A DNA stretch of 64,000 nt from an uncultured Lachnospiraceae bacterium (GTDB lineage Bacteria; Bacillota; Clostridia; Lachnospirales; Lachnospiraceae): contig CAMNFR010000002.1 in assembly GCA_946537305.1 (NCBI GenBank), positions 48,564 through 112,563 on the forward strand. Reading direction: 5' to 3'. The position numbers and the translations under genes were made by a program. Positions 43,734-52,547 of the stretch are shown here, in pieces. A model generated the notes under the pieces. It was not told where the DNA came from. It saw only the letters and a program-made list of their open reading frames with translations, and made no database searches. The stretch's first letter is position 1. The number at the start of each line of letters is the position of its first letter.

Positions 43734-44315
43734 ATGATTACCGGATTACAGGTAGAGACAAAACATGATGATACCCGGGTGCTGCGCGCGATCAAGGAAA
43801 ACCGCAACGACCAGAACCAGTATCTGGTGTATCTGAATCCTAATAAAAACGGACTTTTGGCCGGAGGCGCCGAAAAGGGGCAGGCAATCCTGATTTCCGC
43901 CGGCGCCAACAATCCCAATCTGATTTCCTACGATTTCCGCCTGAAACGCGGACTGTATGATGTGGTGATTGAGCGTATTGAAAGCATTGCGGGAGGAGAA
44001 ATTCACACGGACCCGGAATCCCGATACGAGTATCCGGACCCCGTGATGGTGGGACAGCGTTATCTGGTGCGTTCCAAGGTGGAAGATACCGTCTGCTATG
44101 GCGAAGCCGGCGTGCGGGTCCGCATCCAGAGCGTGGAGGTCCCGCTGGGGCCGGAAATGGTCTATTACGTGATCGACAGAGATGAACTGAAAGACATAAA
44201 ATATTATGTTCCCTTTCACGATGAGAAGAAGATTGATTTCTTCGTCAAAGGGGTACAAAGCGGTGAGATGCAGCTGTATCTCGGCAATCCGAGCTTTCAG
44301 ATCGAACGGATATAG
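43734..44315 (+). CDS. Hypothetical soluble protein
   Basis: 193-aa ORF with an SD (aggagg) and tight spacing. No recognised family. Confidence 0.65.
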   Translation: MITGLQVETKHDDTRVLRAIKENRNDQNQYLVYLNPNKNGLLAGGAEKGQAILISAGANNPNLISYDFRLKRGLYDVVIERIESIAGGEIHTDPESRYEYPDPVMVGQRYLVRSKVEDTVCYGEAGVRVRIQSVEVPLGPEMVYYVIDRDELKDIKYYVPFHDEKKIDFFVKGVQSGEMQLYLGNPSFQIERI

Positions 44316-44336
44316 TATGTAGAGGGGGAAAAGAGT

Positions 44337-45257
44337 ATGGGTTCATTTGACAGCTGGGACGACTGGGACGATGATTTCAGTGATACCGGCACAGGAAGCC
44401 AGAATCAGAATACAGGAGGCCGTCGGAGCAGCTTTGATGATGATTACGGCAATCAGGGCGGCGGCGATTTCGGAGGCAGCGGAGGCAGCCGCAAGGGCGG
44501 CAGCTACCCCGTGCCACGGGATGAGGACCAGTACGGTGTGCGGCCGCAAGGCCCCGGCCGCGGCGGTTACACACCACCCGCGCAGCAGACAAGTGATGAT
44601 TCAGGCGTCTATGTGATCCGCAGCATCTCGGAAGTGCCGCTCTCCGGACAGGGAGCACTGAGTAAGATCTTCCGGGGCATCCCCTTCACGGCGAATAATC
44701 AGATCAATATTTCTCTGCAGGAAGCCGGGAGCCTTGGCCACGGAGGCGGCGCTATTAATGGCATCATTTACGGTAAGATTGAAAATCAGGCGTTAGGGCC
44801 CGGTATGCGGGTGAAGATCCGGGGAACGGTCAAGCGCGGCCAGATCATCATCAAGGACCTGTATGATGTAGACAGCGGCGGCCTTCCGATTGGCATCAAT
44901 CCCTACTGGGTGGATCCGATGTATCAGCAGAGCTCATCCAACCGAAGGGGAAATCCGGCTGCGATGGCAGCGGTCCTGGCAGTGATCGCTATACTGGCTG
45001 TTGCGTTTTTCCTCCTTCGAGGCGGAATCGATCCTTCAACATTGAATAAGATCAAGATAGCGGCGATCATTATCGGAGCACTGGTCTTCATCAAAGTGTT
45101 CAACATCAACATTTTTAACAACTCGTTTGTGCAGAAGGTGATACTGATCGTGGTGCTATGCGCCATCGCCTTGTACGTCCCCGGCGGGGACAGTGTGATG
45201 GTGTGCGCCATCATGATTTTTGGTCTGTATATCATGCTGAAGGGAATCATAAAATAG
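44337..45257 (+). CDS. Membrane protein with N-terminal acidic-Trp motif and Gly-rich linker
   Basis: 306 aa. The N-terminus is MGSFDSWDDWDDDFSD (44346-44378), followed by a G/S/N-rich region. The C-terminal third has 3 hydrophobic segments. Confidence 0.65.
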   Translation: MGSFDSWDDWDDDFSDTGTGSQNQNTGGRRSSFDDDYGNQGGGDFGGSGGSRKGGSYPVPRDEDQYGVRPQGPGRGGYTPPAQQTSDDSGVYVIRSISEVPLSGQGALSKIFRGIPFTANNQINISLQEAGSLGHGGGAINGIIYGKIENQALGPGMRVKIRGTVKRGQIIIKDLYDVDSGGLPIGINPYWVDPMYQQSSSNRRGNPAAMAAVLAVIAILAVAFFLLRGGIDPSTLNKIKIAAIIIGALVFIKVFNINIFNNSFVQKVILIVVLCAIALYVPGGDSVMVCAIMIFGLYIMLKGIIK

Positions 45258-45301
45258 ATACAGCGGTTCGTGTAAGGTACTTTAAAAAGGAATAGTGTAA
45301 T

Positions 45302-47989
45302 ATGGCGAATGGAAATTATGGATCATTGCTGCGGGAGGATTATTCCAACGACTATGTCGTGACCCACAAGAATGACATTATTTCCCGGAATGCGCTGGAT
45401 GATCCCTTTTATCAGGGACGTCAGGTGGATCTGCCCCATATTCAAAAAGGCCAGCTTTGTCGGGTTTCCAACCAGGAGATGGCCTTTTTTCAAATACGGG
45501 GAATTTCCCGCTTCTGGGGAGAACAGGAAGACTTTGATATTAATGGAGTGATGTCGGATCTGCTCTGCGGCCTGAACAAGGAAAAAATGGGCTATGCCTA
45601 TATTCTCCGGGGAGATCGCAGCGGCATTCGGATATGCATTGGCATCGATTCATATCTGATCGAGTCTCTGAAAAGCTCGCTGATGTCCCTGTTCCCGAAT
45701 ATAAGTCTGGAACCGGTGGGGCTGGGGGACGTGGTCCCGCAGAGTATGACGGACGGCGGCATAGTTACGGGCATTCCCACGAACAAGCTTTCCGGAGACA
45801 AGCCGGGCGATGTGCAGATCGATCACATCATCCGCGGCATGGTGGGAAAAGATTTTGTCTATGTGGTATATGCTTCGGGAATCGCGCCTTACCAGGTGAC
45901 GGGATGGCATAATGCGCTGCTGCAGGAAATGTCCCATGCCTTCGAATACCAGAAAAGCGGTATCAGTGACAGCGGTACCACCATCGATAAGCAGAGCTTT
46001 GTGCACACCCGCTACTTTGAGAATCTGGAAGAACTGGAACGCACCTATCATGTAGGTCTGGAGCGTGGCATGTGGTATTACACTGCCTATTTCGGGGTAA
46101 ATGATGATGCCTCCGGAGAGGTGTTCGGCAATCTGATCCGTTCTACGTTTTCCGGGACGGAATCCCGACCGGACAAGGTCCGCACGCTGTACCATGCGAA
46201 GCCTCAGGTGATCCTGCGCCTCATCCGGAGCGGCATGCAGCTGCTGGATACCCTGGAAGACGGGATGTCTCATCCGCTGGGGGAGAGCGCCGCATATAAA
46301 TATCAGTCCATTATCAACAGTGATCAGCTGGGCGTGATCAGTGCGCTTCCTATGAAGGAGTACCCCGGGTATTATATTGATAACTACGTGGAATTTGATG
46401 TATCCAACCGACCTCGCTATAAGATTGAAGAACCGGTGCCCATCGGGGATATCATGAACGCCGGGCGTGCCGTCCCTACCGGGGTGCGAAACAGGTATTC
46501 TATCGAAAAGAATGATTACACCAGGCACTGCCTGATCATAGGCATCACGGGCGGCGGCAAGACCAATACCAGTAAATCTCTGCTGCGGACGCTGTGGCGG
46601 CAGCCGCCGGAAAAGAGGATCCCTTTCCTGGTCATCGAATCCGCTAAGCGGGAATACTGGGAGCTGCGCAATCTGGAAAACTTTGAGGATCTGATGGTCT
46701 ACACATTAGGGTCCGAGGATCCGGAAAAGGCTGTGCGGTACCGTCTGAACCCCTTTGAGACGCTGCCTGGGATTTCGCTGCAGAGCCACATCGATCTTCT
46801 GCTGGCCACCTTCAAAACGGCCTTTGAGATGTACCCGCCCATGCCGTATGTGCTGGAAACGGCGGTGTATGAGGTCTATAAGGATCGTGGCTGGAATATT
46901 GTGACCAACAAGAATGATTACGGGCTGACGCGCTACCCCACGCTGAGCGATCTGTACGACAAAATCGGCTATACCGTAGAGAACATGGGCTATGATAAGG
47001 AAGTCTCCTCCAATATCCGGTCGGCTTTGGAGGCACGCATCAATTCGCTGATGATCGGCGGTAAAGGGGCCATGCTGAATACGCCCAAATCGATCCCCAT
47101 CGAATCTCTGCTGAGCTATCCAACGGTGCTGGAGCTGGAAGACATCGGAGATGATGAGACCAAATCCTTTGTTATCGGCATTCTGCTGGTCCAGCTGTAT
47201 GAGTACCGGAAATACCAGAAGGATAAGATCAACGGTGCCAAGAAACTGCAGCATATCCTGATGGTGGAGGAGGCGCATCGCCTGCTGAAAAATGTTTCCG
47301 AATCAGCGAATCCGACGCAGGCCAAGTCTGTGGAATTTTTCTGCAACATGCTGGCAGAGATCCGTACGTATGGGCAGGGAATCTTTATTGCGGATCAGAT
47401 TCCCACCAAGCTTGCTCCGGATACCATCAAGAACACCAACCTGAAGATCGTGCACCGCACGGTGGCAAGGGAAGACCGGGAGACCATCGGTATGGCCATG
47501 AACATGACGCCGGAGCAGATCGAGTATCTGAGCTCGCTGCCCCGTGGGTTTGCTGCGGTCTATGCCGAAGGAGATAACCGGCCGAAATGTGTGAAGCTGC
47601 CGCTGGTAAAGGACAAGTATTCCCTGACCAGAGAGCAGGTGATCGGTCCTATCCGCAGCAAGGTGGATAACCAGTTGATTGATGATTTTAAAGAGATGCA
47701 CTGCGGCTGTACCTACTGCGAGCAGCGCTGCCGCTTCGGCGAAGCCATAAAGAAGAATCTTTCGGCGGTTAATATGGCCGGAGGGATTGCGGAAATTGAA
47801 AAACATAAGTATAATGTAACCGTAATCGATAAATTTATCTCCTTCCTGGAGCAGAAAAAAGTGATTTCCTGCGAAGGAATTCACGGCCGGCTGTGTGCGG
47901 CGGGATTCCTGTTGGAAAGATGTAAGTTAGATCGTGGTTATAAAAAGAAAATTCTGGCAGGGTATGTCCGCTATCTGTCAGAGAAATAG
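45302..47989 (+). CDS. HerA/FtsK-like (DUF87-type) P-loop ATPase
   Basis: 895 aa. Walker A is IIGITGGGKTNTSK (46541-46564) and Walker B is HILMVEEAHRLL. GIFIADQIPTKL and KIVHR follow downstream. The C-terminal region has a Cys cluster (CGCTYCEQRC). Confidence 0.8.
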   Translation: MANGNYGSLLREDYSNDYVVTHKNDIISRNALDDPFYQGRQVDLPHIQKGQLCRVSNQEMAFFQIRGISRFWGEQEDFDINGVMSDLLCGLNKEKMGYAYILRGDRSGIRICIGIDSYLIESLKSSLMSLFPNISLEPVGLGDVVPQSMTDGGIVTGIPTNKLSGDKPGDVQIDHIIRGMVGKDFVYVVYASGIAPYQVTGWHNALLQEMSHAFEYQKSGISDSGTTIDKQSFVHTRYFENLEELERTYHVGLERGMWYYTAYFGVNDDASGEVFGNLIRSTFSGTESRPDKVRTLYHAKPQVILRLIRSGMQLLDTLEDGMSHPLGESAAYKYQSIINSDQLGVISALPMKEYPGYYIDNYVEFDVSNRPRYKIEEPVPIGDIMNAGRAVPTGVRNRYSIEKNDYTRHCLIIGITGGGKTNTSKSLLRTLWRQPPEKRIPFLVIESAKREYWELRNLENFEDLMVYTLGSEDPEKAVRYRLNPFETLPGISLQSHIDLLLATFKTAFEMYPPMPYVLETAVYEVYKDRGWNIVTNKNDYGLTRYPTLSDLYDKIGYTVENMGYDKEVSSNIRSALEARINSLMIGGKGAMLNTPKSIPIESLLSYPTVLELEDIGDDETKSFVIGILLVQLYEYRKYQKDKINGAKKLQHILMVEEAHRLLKNVSESANPTQAKSVEFFCNMLAEIRTYGQGIFIADQIPTKLAPDTIKNTNLKIVHRTVAREDRETIGMAMNMTPEQIEYLSSLPRGFAAVYAEGDNRPKCVKLPLVKDKYSLTREQVIGPIRSKVDNQLIDDFKEMHCGCTYCEQRCRFGEAIKKNLSAVNMAGGIAEIEKHKYNVTVIDKFISFLEQKKVISCEGIHGRLCAAGFLLERCKLDRGYKKKILAGYVRYLSEK

Positions 47990-48045
47990 AAGGCTGTACA
48001 GCTTTCGAAACATCGCGGAAAAAGGGGAAAAGGGAGTCGCAGGTT

Positions 48046-49695
48046 ATGGCAAATTTCTGTAATCACTGTGGAAATAAGGTGCCGGATGGGTTGGACCGCT
48101 GCCCGTATTGTGGCAAGAAAATCAAATGGCCCACGGAAAAGGGCGGGAAACATGAGATTGGCGATAATATCAGCGGCGGCGGAAAAAAGATCCTGCTTTT
48201 TGCAGGTATCGCCGTGGTAGCCGTGGCCGCCCTGGCGGGCATCGGGATGTTTGTTGAGCATAAGCCGGGGCCTGGGCCGCAGCCTACCATGGAAACTCTT
48301 GCGATTGAGCCGGAAACGGCCGTAGACTCCGGGGTGGATCATTCTGCGGAAGTACAGGTACTCCAGGATCAGTACAATCAGTTCCTGTCTGATTATCAGA
48401 GCGGTCTGGTGGAAGTGGACATGCGGGATAACGGTGCCTCCTATTACCAGGACGGAGAGCTGAGAAGTGAAGATGCAAACGCGGATGAGACCTCTGTCTA
48501 TAACCGGGAATACTATTATAAAGATGGCGATCTGTATATTATGATTCTTCGTGATCCGTCGACCGGACAGGAGAATGATGTTTATGTGCAGAACGGACAG
48601 ATCCTCCGGTGGAGAGATGTATCCGGCACAAATCACGATGATTTTTCCGCAGATTCCGATGCCATGGACACGTTGAACACGTATCTGCAGGAGGGCTATG
48701 ATCTGTACGCAGCCCATCAGGATCGCGCGTCGGCGGCCCTTGAGACCATGGCACCGGCCACACCTACAGAAGCGGCCACGCTGGCACCCACCGAAGCGCC
48801 TACAACGGTTCCGCCTACGACTGTGACAGCAGACGGATTCATCTTCCCGGATAGTGATTCGCGTTATCTTTCAGAGTCCGAACTGGCCGGTCTTAGTGAC
48901 TGGGAACTTCGGGTCGCGCGGAACGAACTGTATGCGCGTCACGGCCGGAAATTTAAAGACACGGAACTGCAGAATTATTTTAACGGCTGCAGCTGGTATA
49001 ACGGTACCATCAATCCGGATGATTTCCAGGATGAGACCATGTTCAATAAATATGAAATGGCCAACAGGGATCTGATCCGCGGATATGAAAAATCCCGCTC
49101 CGGATCGGACAACGGGGTGAATTATTCCGTGGTCAATGCATCTGGTGCGGACGACATAACCCGCTATACAGCCATGGGAAATTATCGACAGGTTACCAGT
49201 GGGGACGGCACATTTTCATTTGCCGTCCCTACTGATTTATTTAATGTTGAAGTAAGCTCAGACACACAGTATTCCTATTATTATCGGGACAGTTCCGATC
49301 AGCTGCAATACGCGCTTTTCGTGGGCCGGTTGGATGATGCGGGAGACGCTTTGTCCCGCGCGGATGCCAGGTACCGGGAGTACAGAAACTACTTTTCTTC
49401 GACCTATTTTGACAGCGCGCCAACAGAGATCAATGACAGTGGTTCAGCCCGCGGTCTGATCGGCGGATATTATGACAGCAGCAGGACCCGCGGTGCCTAT
49501 GTGATTGTCCGGAACGACGGACGTTCCACCTATTATCTGGAGTTTGATTACTATACATCTGATCCGGACAACGAACATTCCGCTGAGCGATATATGGAAG
49601 ATTATCTGTACCGAAGCTGTTCTTTCAGCGGAACGTCGTATCTTCCGAGAAATTTTGAGCTGTTCAGAACGAACGACATGGGATCAAAGAAATAA
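48046..49695 (+). CDS. Zinc-ribbon / single-TM / YARHG-domain protein
   Basis: 549 aa. It has an N-terminal CNHCGNKVPDGLDRCPYCG, a TM segment (ILLFAGIAVVAVAALAGIGMFV), and ARNELYARHGRKFKDTELQNYF, which is the YARHG-domain signature. Confidence 0.8.
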   Translation: MANFCNHCGNKVPDGLDRCPYCGKKIKWPTEKGGKHEIGDNISGGGKKILLFAGIAVVAVAALAGIGMFVEHKPGPGPQPTMETLAIEPETAVDSGVDHSAEVQVLQDQYNQFLSDYQSGLVEVDMRDNGASYYQDGELRSEDANADETSVYNREYYYKDGDLYIMILRDPSTGQENDVYVQNGQILRWRDVSGTNHDDFSADSDAMDTLNTYLQEGYDLYAAHQDRASAALETMAPATPTEAATLAPTEAPTTVPPTTVTADGFIFPDSDSRYLSESELAGLSDWELRVARNELYARHGRKFKDTELQNYFNGCSWYNGTINPDDFQDETMFNKYEMANRDLIRGYEKSRSGSDNGVNYSVVNASGADDITRYTAMGNYRQVTSGDGTFSFAVPTDLFNVEVSSDTQYSYYYRDSSDQLQYALFVGRLDDAGDALSRADARYREYRNYFSSTYFDSAPTEINDSGSARGLIGGYYDSSRTRGAYVIVRNDGRSTYYLEFDYYTSDPDNEHSAERYMEDYLYRSCSFSGTSYLPRNFELFRTNDMGSKK

Positions 49696-49723
49696 CAGCA
49701 TCTTTTGGCGAAAGGGTATAACG

Positions 49724-50809
49724 TTGGATATTAGAGGGATTTTTGGGGGGAAAAGCAGTACAGTGGCCGGCGGCAAAAAGAAGCCATCCGAGGATGATGC
49801 CATATATTATTACGGTCGTCAGCTTTCAGGCGTGGATCATATTGTGTATTCTCAGCTGGTCATGGGCCTGAAAAAGATGGAACCCAAAATCGGCCTGTAT
49901 GGGGGAGACTTTGATTCCGTCAGCCGTATTTCCCAACTGGTGTTGGCGGATCATCCGGAAATATTCTGGTTTGCCGGCGCCGGACAGGTGACGCAGAAAG
50001 GAAGCCAGCTGTTCTTTTCTCCGTTTTATACCATGAGCGAAGGCGTAAAGAACAACCGGCAGAAGCAGTTGGAACAGGCAGCAAAGAACTTTAAACGTTC
50101 CGTACGGGGACGTAAAACTTCTTATGACCGGTTGCAGGCGGCTTTTACCTGGCTGGTAAAAAACACCACCTATGTGGACGGTGCGCCGGATAATCAGAAT
50201 ATCTGCAGTGTGTTTCTTAACCACAAGAGTGTCTGCGCCGGTTATGCCAAATCCTTACAGTATCTGCTTCAATCGGTGGGGATCGAATGCCTGTATGTAT
50301 GGGGAGATGTCATAGGAAAAGGAAGGCACGGCTGGAATATCGTGAATCTTGATGGGGCCTATTATCAGACAGATGTGACCCTGGGGGATCGCTCCTTTTC
50401 AGACGGGACATCCGTAGGAAACGGACTTCCTGCTGAACTGGAAGCGGAGTACGGCTACATGTGCATGACCGATGAAGAGGCCCGACGCGACAGGATCGAA
50501 AATGTTACAGAGCTGGGGGTGACACTTCCGGCGTGCATATCAACGGCCATGAATTATTACCGGAGGAACAATCTGTTTTTTGCGGGCGGGGCACAAGGTG
50601 CCTGGATAAACATGGAGCAGAGACTGTCTAAGGGGGAGACCTCTTGGTGCTATCAGTTTGCGTCCGAATATGAATATGATATGTTCCTGCAGGATATAGA
50701 CGGTGGACGTTATACCGATCTGGCGCTGCGGCACCTGAAGAAGAACCGGATAAGTACCTGTACCAGCCGTATTCCTTCTTTGTACGTGGTCATCGGCTGG
50801 GTCAGGTGA
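49724..50809 (+). CDS. Transglutaminase-like (Cys-His-Asp) domain protein, paralog of 52548-54236
   Basis: CAGYAKSLQYLLQSVGIECLYVWG...GRHGWNIVNLDGAYYQTDVT is a transglutaminase-core pattern. The start is uncertain. TTG 49724 (SD aaaggg) is the first start after the upstream stop that retains the region homologous to the paralog (AIYYYGRQL..ADHPEIFW). Confidence 0.7.
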   Translation: MDIRGIFGGKSSTVAGGKKKPSEDDAIYYYGRQLSGVDHIVYSQLVMGLKKMEPKIGLYGGDFDSVSRISQLVLADHPEIFWFAGAGQVTQKGSQLFFSPFYTMSEGVKNNRQKQLEQAAKNFKRSVRGRKTSYDRLQAAFTWLVKNTTYVDGAPDNQNICSVFLNHKSVCAGYAKSLQYLLQSVGIECLYVWGDVIGKGRHGWNIVNLDGAYYQTDVTLGDRSFSDGTSVGNGLPAELEAEYGYMCMTDEEARRDRIENVTELGVTLPACISTAMNYYRRNNLFFAGGAQGAWINMEQRLSKGETSWCYQFASEYEYDMFLQDIDGGRYTDLALRHLKKNRISTCTSRIPSLYVVIGWVR

Positions 50810-50826
50810 TTTTCGGGAGGCAGCCT

Positions 50827-51282
50827 ATGAAACGGGTTCTGGTCAAGTCCGTGTACGATGCTTTTGATTATGTGATGGCACATTACTATCCCGCAGGACT
50901 GGAAGACCTGTCGGAAAAGAAGGATAGCTATGCCGTGATTTCTATTCAGGACACTCACACGGGCGGGTTTGGCTTTGCTTTTCAGGAAAATAAGTTTTGT
51001 CAGGGCGTCCTTAGCCTGTATTTTGATGATATCGAGAAAGAGGTGGATGGAGCGGTCCTGTTCACACGGCGACAGGCAGAACAGATCATAGAATTTGTAA
51101 ATTCACACCGACAGGCAGAAACGCTTCTTGTTCATTGCTACGGCGGAGAGTCTCGTTCCAGAGCGGTAGGCGCTTTTGCAGTAAAGTTGTTGGGTGGAGA
51201 TAACAGACGTTTGCTGGAAGGTGGGAATGCGAATCGTCATGTATATGACACGCTAATAGGCGCCTGGCAAAAACAGATGTGA
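50827..51282 (+). CDS. Cys-based phosphatase-like protein (CX5R motif)
   Basis: I prefer ATG 50827 (SD gggagg). LLVHCYGGESRSRAVG fits HCX5R(S/T). LSLYFDDI upstream resembles the predicted protein-tyrosine-phosphatase (COG5350-like) pattern. Confidence 0.6.
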   Translation: MKRVLVKSVYDAFDYVMAHYYPAGLEDLSEKKDSYAVISIQDTHTGGFGFAFQENKFCQGVLSLYFDDIEKEVDGAVLFTRRQAEQIIEFVNSHRQAETLLVHCYGGESRSRAVGAFAVKLLGGDNRRLLEGGNANRHVYDTLIGAWQKQM

Positions 51283-51308
51283 TGATAACAATTATAAATG
51301 AGAAAATT

Positions 51309-51362
51309 ACAACCCAGATAGCAGCGTGAAATACCTGATTTCGTGCTGAATCTGGGTTGTAA
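51309..51362 (+). terminator. Long imperfect hairpin ending the + strand cluster (terminator candidate, no clear U-run)
   Basis: tacaacccagat ... atctgggttgta forms a 12-bp outer stem with additional inner pairing. Confidence 0.35.
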
Positions 51363-51536
51363 ATTCTTAGATTACCAGACAAGGCTTCCGGTGGTTCCGC
51401 TATCAGTTATTCACATGGCATATTCGCAGAACTCAGTCATAAAATGAAAAAAGATGGAATCCTTTCACACTTTCTGCTAGAATAGCGGTATGTCGGCATT
51501 TTTTGCAAATGATGTCACCCCTGACAGGAGGTCACG

Positions 51537-52547
51537 ATGCCAGATAAAAGATGTTCGCTCGATCCTGAAGCTTCGCTTATGGGCAAGAACCATGAGCAGA
51601 CTACCCTTCGCCCTGAAGTTACGGTCATCGGTGCGGCAATCATGGATATGGTCGTAGGTCCGGTGAGCGAGGCAGTTTTTCGGACAGGCTCCCAGCCCAT
51701 GCAGTATTCCCGCCTGACCTACGGAGGCGACGCCCTGAATGAATCCTTGATTCTGTCAAAACTGGGCGTGCGGACGGAGCTGATCACGAAGGTGGGAAAC
51801 GATGAGACCGGCGAACGCATTCTGGCACATGCAGCAAAGAGCGGTATTATTCTGAATCATGCAATAAAGGAAGACGGACTGACCACGGGCATCAATGTGG
51901 TATTGGTAGATTCGTCCGCTGAACGCTATTTCCTGACAAATCCGGAGAGCAGTCTGCGGAAGCTTTCGGAGGAAGACATTCTGCCCGCGCTGGACGAGGC
52001 GGCGGATATCGTAAGCTTTGCCAGCCTGTTCGTATCTCCCCTGCTGGACATTCCGGCGATGGAACGGGTATTCCGGAAGATCAAGGAAAAACCAGGACGG
52101 ATTTTGACGGCGGACATGACCAAGGCAAAAAATGGGGAGACCCTTCGGGATCTCGCGCCGTTGATCCCCCATATCGATGTTCTGCTGCCCAACCGGGAGG
52201 AGGCCTCTCTGCTGACCGGGGAGGCAGATCCGTACCGCAGCATGCAGTGCATGCTGGAAGCAGGCTTTTCCTGCGTAGTCATGAAGATCGGAGGGGATGG
52301 CTGTCTGGTAGGACGGGGCGGAAAGATCACTCGCGTTGCAGCCTGTCCTGTAACAAACGTATCGGATACCACCGGTGCCGGGGACAGCTTTGTAGCGGGC
52401 TTCCTGTACGGACTGACACAGGAGCTTTCCGCAGAAAAATGCGCGGGCCTTGGCAGCGCGACGGCGGCCTGTACCGTGGAAGCCGTAGGTGCAACGGAGG
52501 GGAAAATCACTCCGGAAGAGATTATGAGACGATTCGAAAGGAATTGA
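51537..52547 (+). CDS. PfkB-family carbohydrate kinase (ribokinase-like)
   Basis: 336 aa with an SD (aggagg). It has VIGAAIMDMV near the N-terminus and the DTTGAGDSFVAGFLYG PfkB signature 2. Confidence 0.9.
   Translation: MPDKRCSLDPEASLMGKNHEQTTLRPEVTVIGAAIMDMVVGPVSEAVFRTGSQPMQYSRLTYGGDALNESLILSKLGVRTELITKVGNDETGERILAHAAKSGIILNHAIKEDGLTTGINVVLVDSSAERYFLTNPESSLRKLSEEDILPALDEAADIVSFASLFVSPLLDIPAMERVFRKIKEKPGRILTADMTKAKNGETLRDLAPLIPHIDVLLPNREEASLLTGEADPYRSMQCMLEAGFSCVVMKIGGDGCLVGRGGKITRVAACPVTNVSDTTGAGDSFVAGFLYGLTQELSAEKCAGLGSATAACTVEAVGATEGKITPEEIMRRFERN

Noticed and set aside
45302-47989. Type VII secretion EssC/EccC-type ATPase
   Set aside because: There is only one P-loop module, whereas EssC/EccC have two or three FtsK domains plus FHA/TM regions. 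No WXG100-size genes or other T7SS components are nearby.
49505-49723. N-terminal extension of the transglutaminase-like ORF (ORF-track start 49505)
   Set aside because: It overlaps the 3' end of the YARHG gene by 190 nt in another frame and has no similarity to the paralog at 52548. A TTG with an SD at 49724 is more plausible, but still uncertain.
12570-51362. Interpreting the cluster as a prophage, ICE or conjugative T4SS
   Set aside because: I found no integrase, recombinase, relaxase, coupling protein, portal, capsid or tail-like proteins, and no tRNA attachment site. The only translocase-like protein is a single-P-loop HerA-like ATPase.
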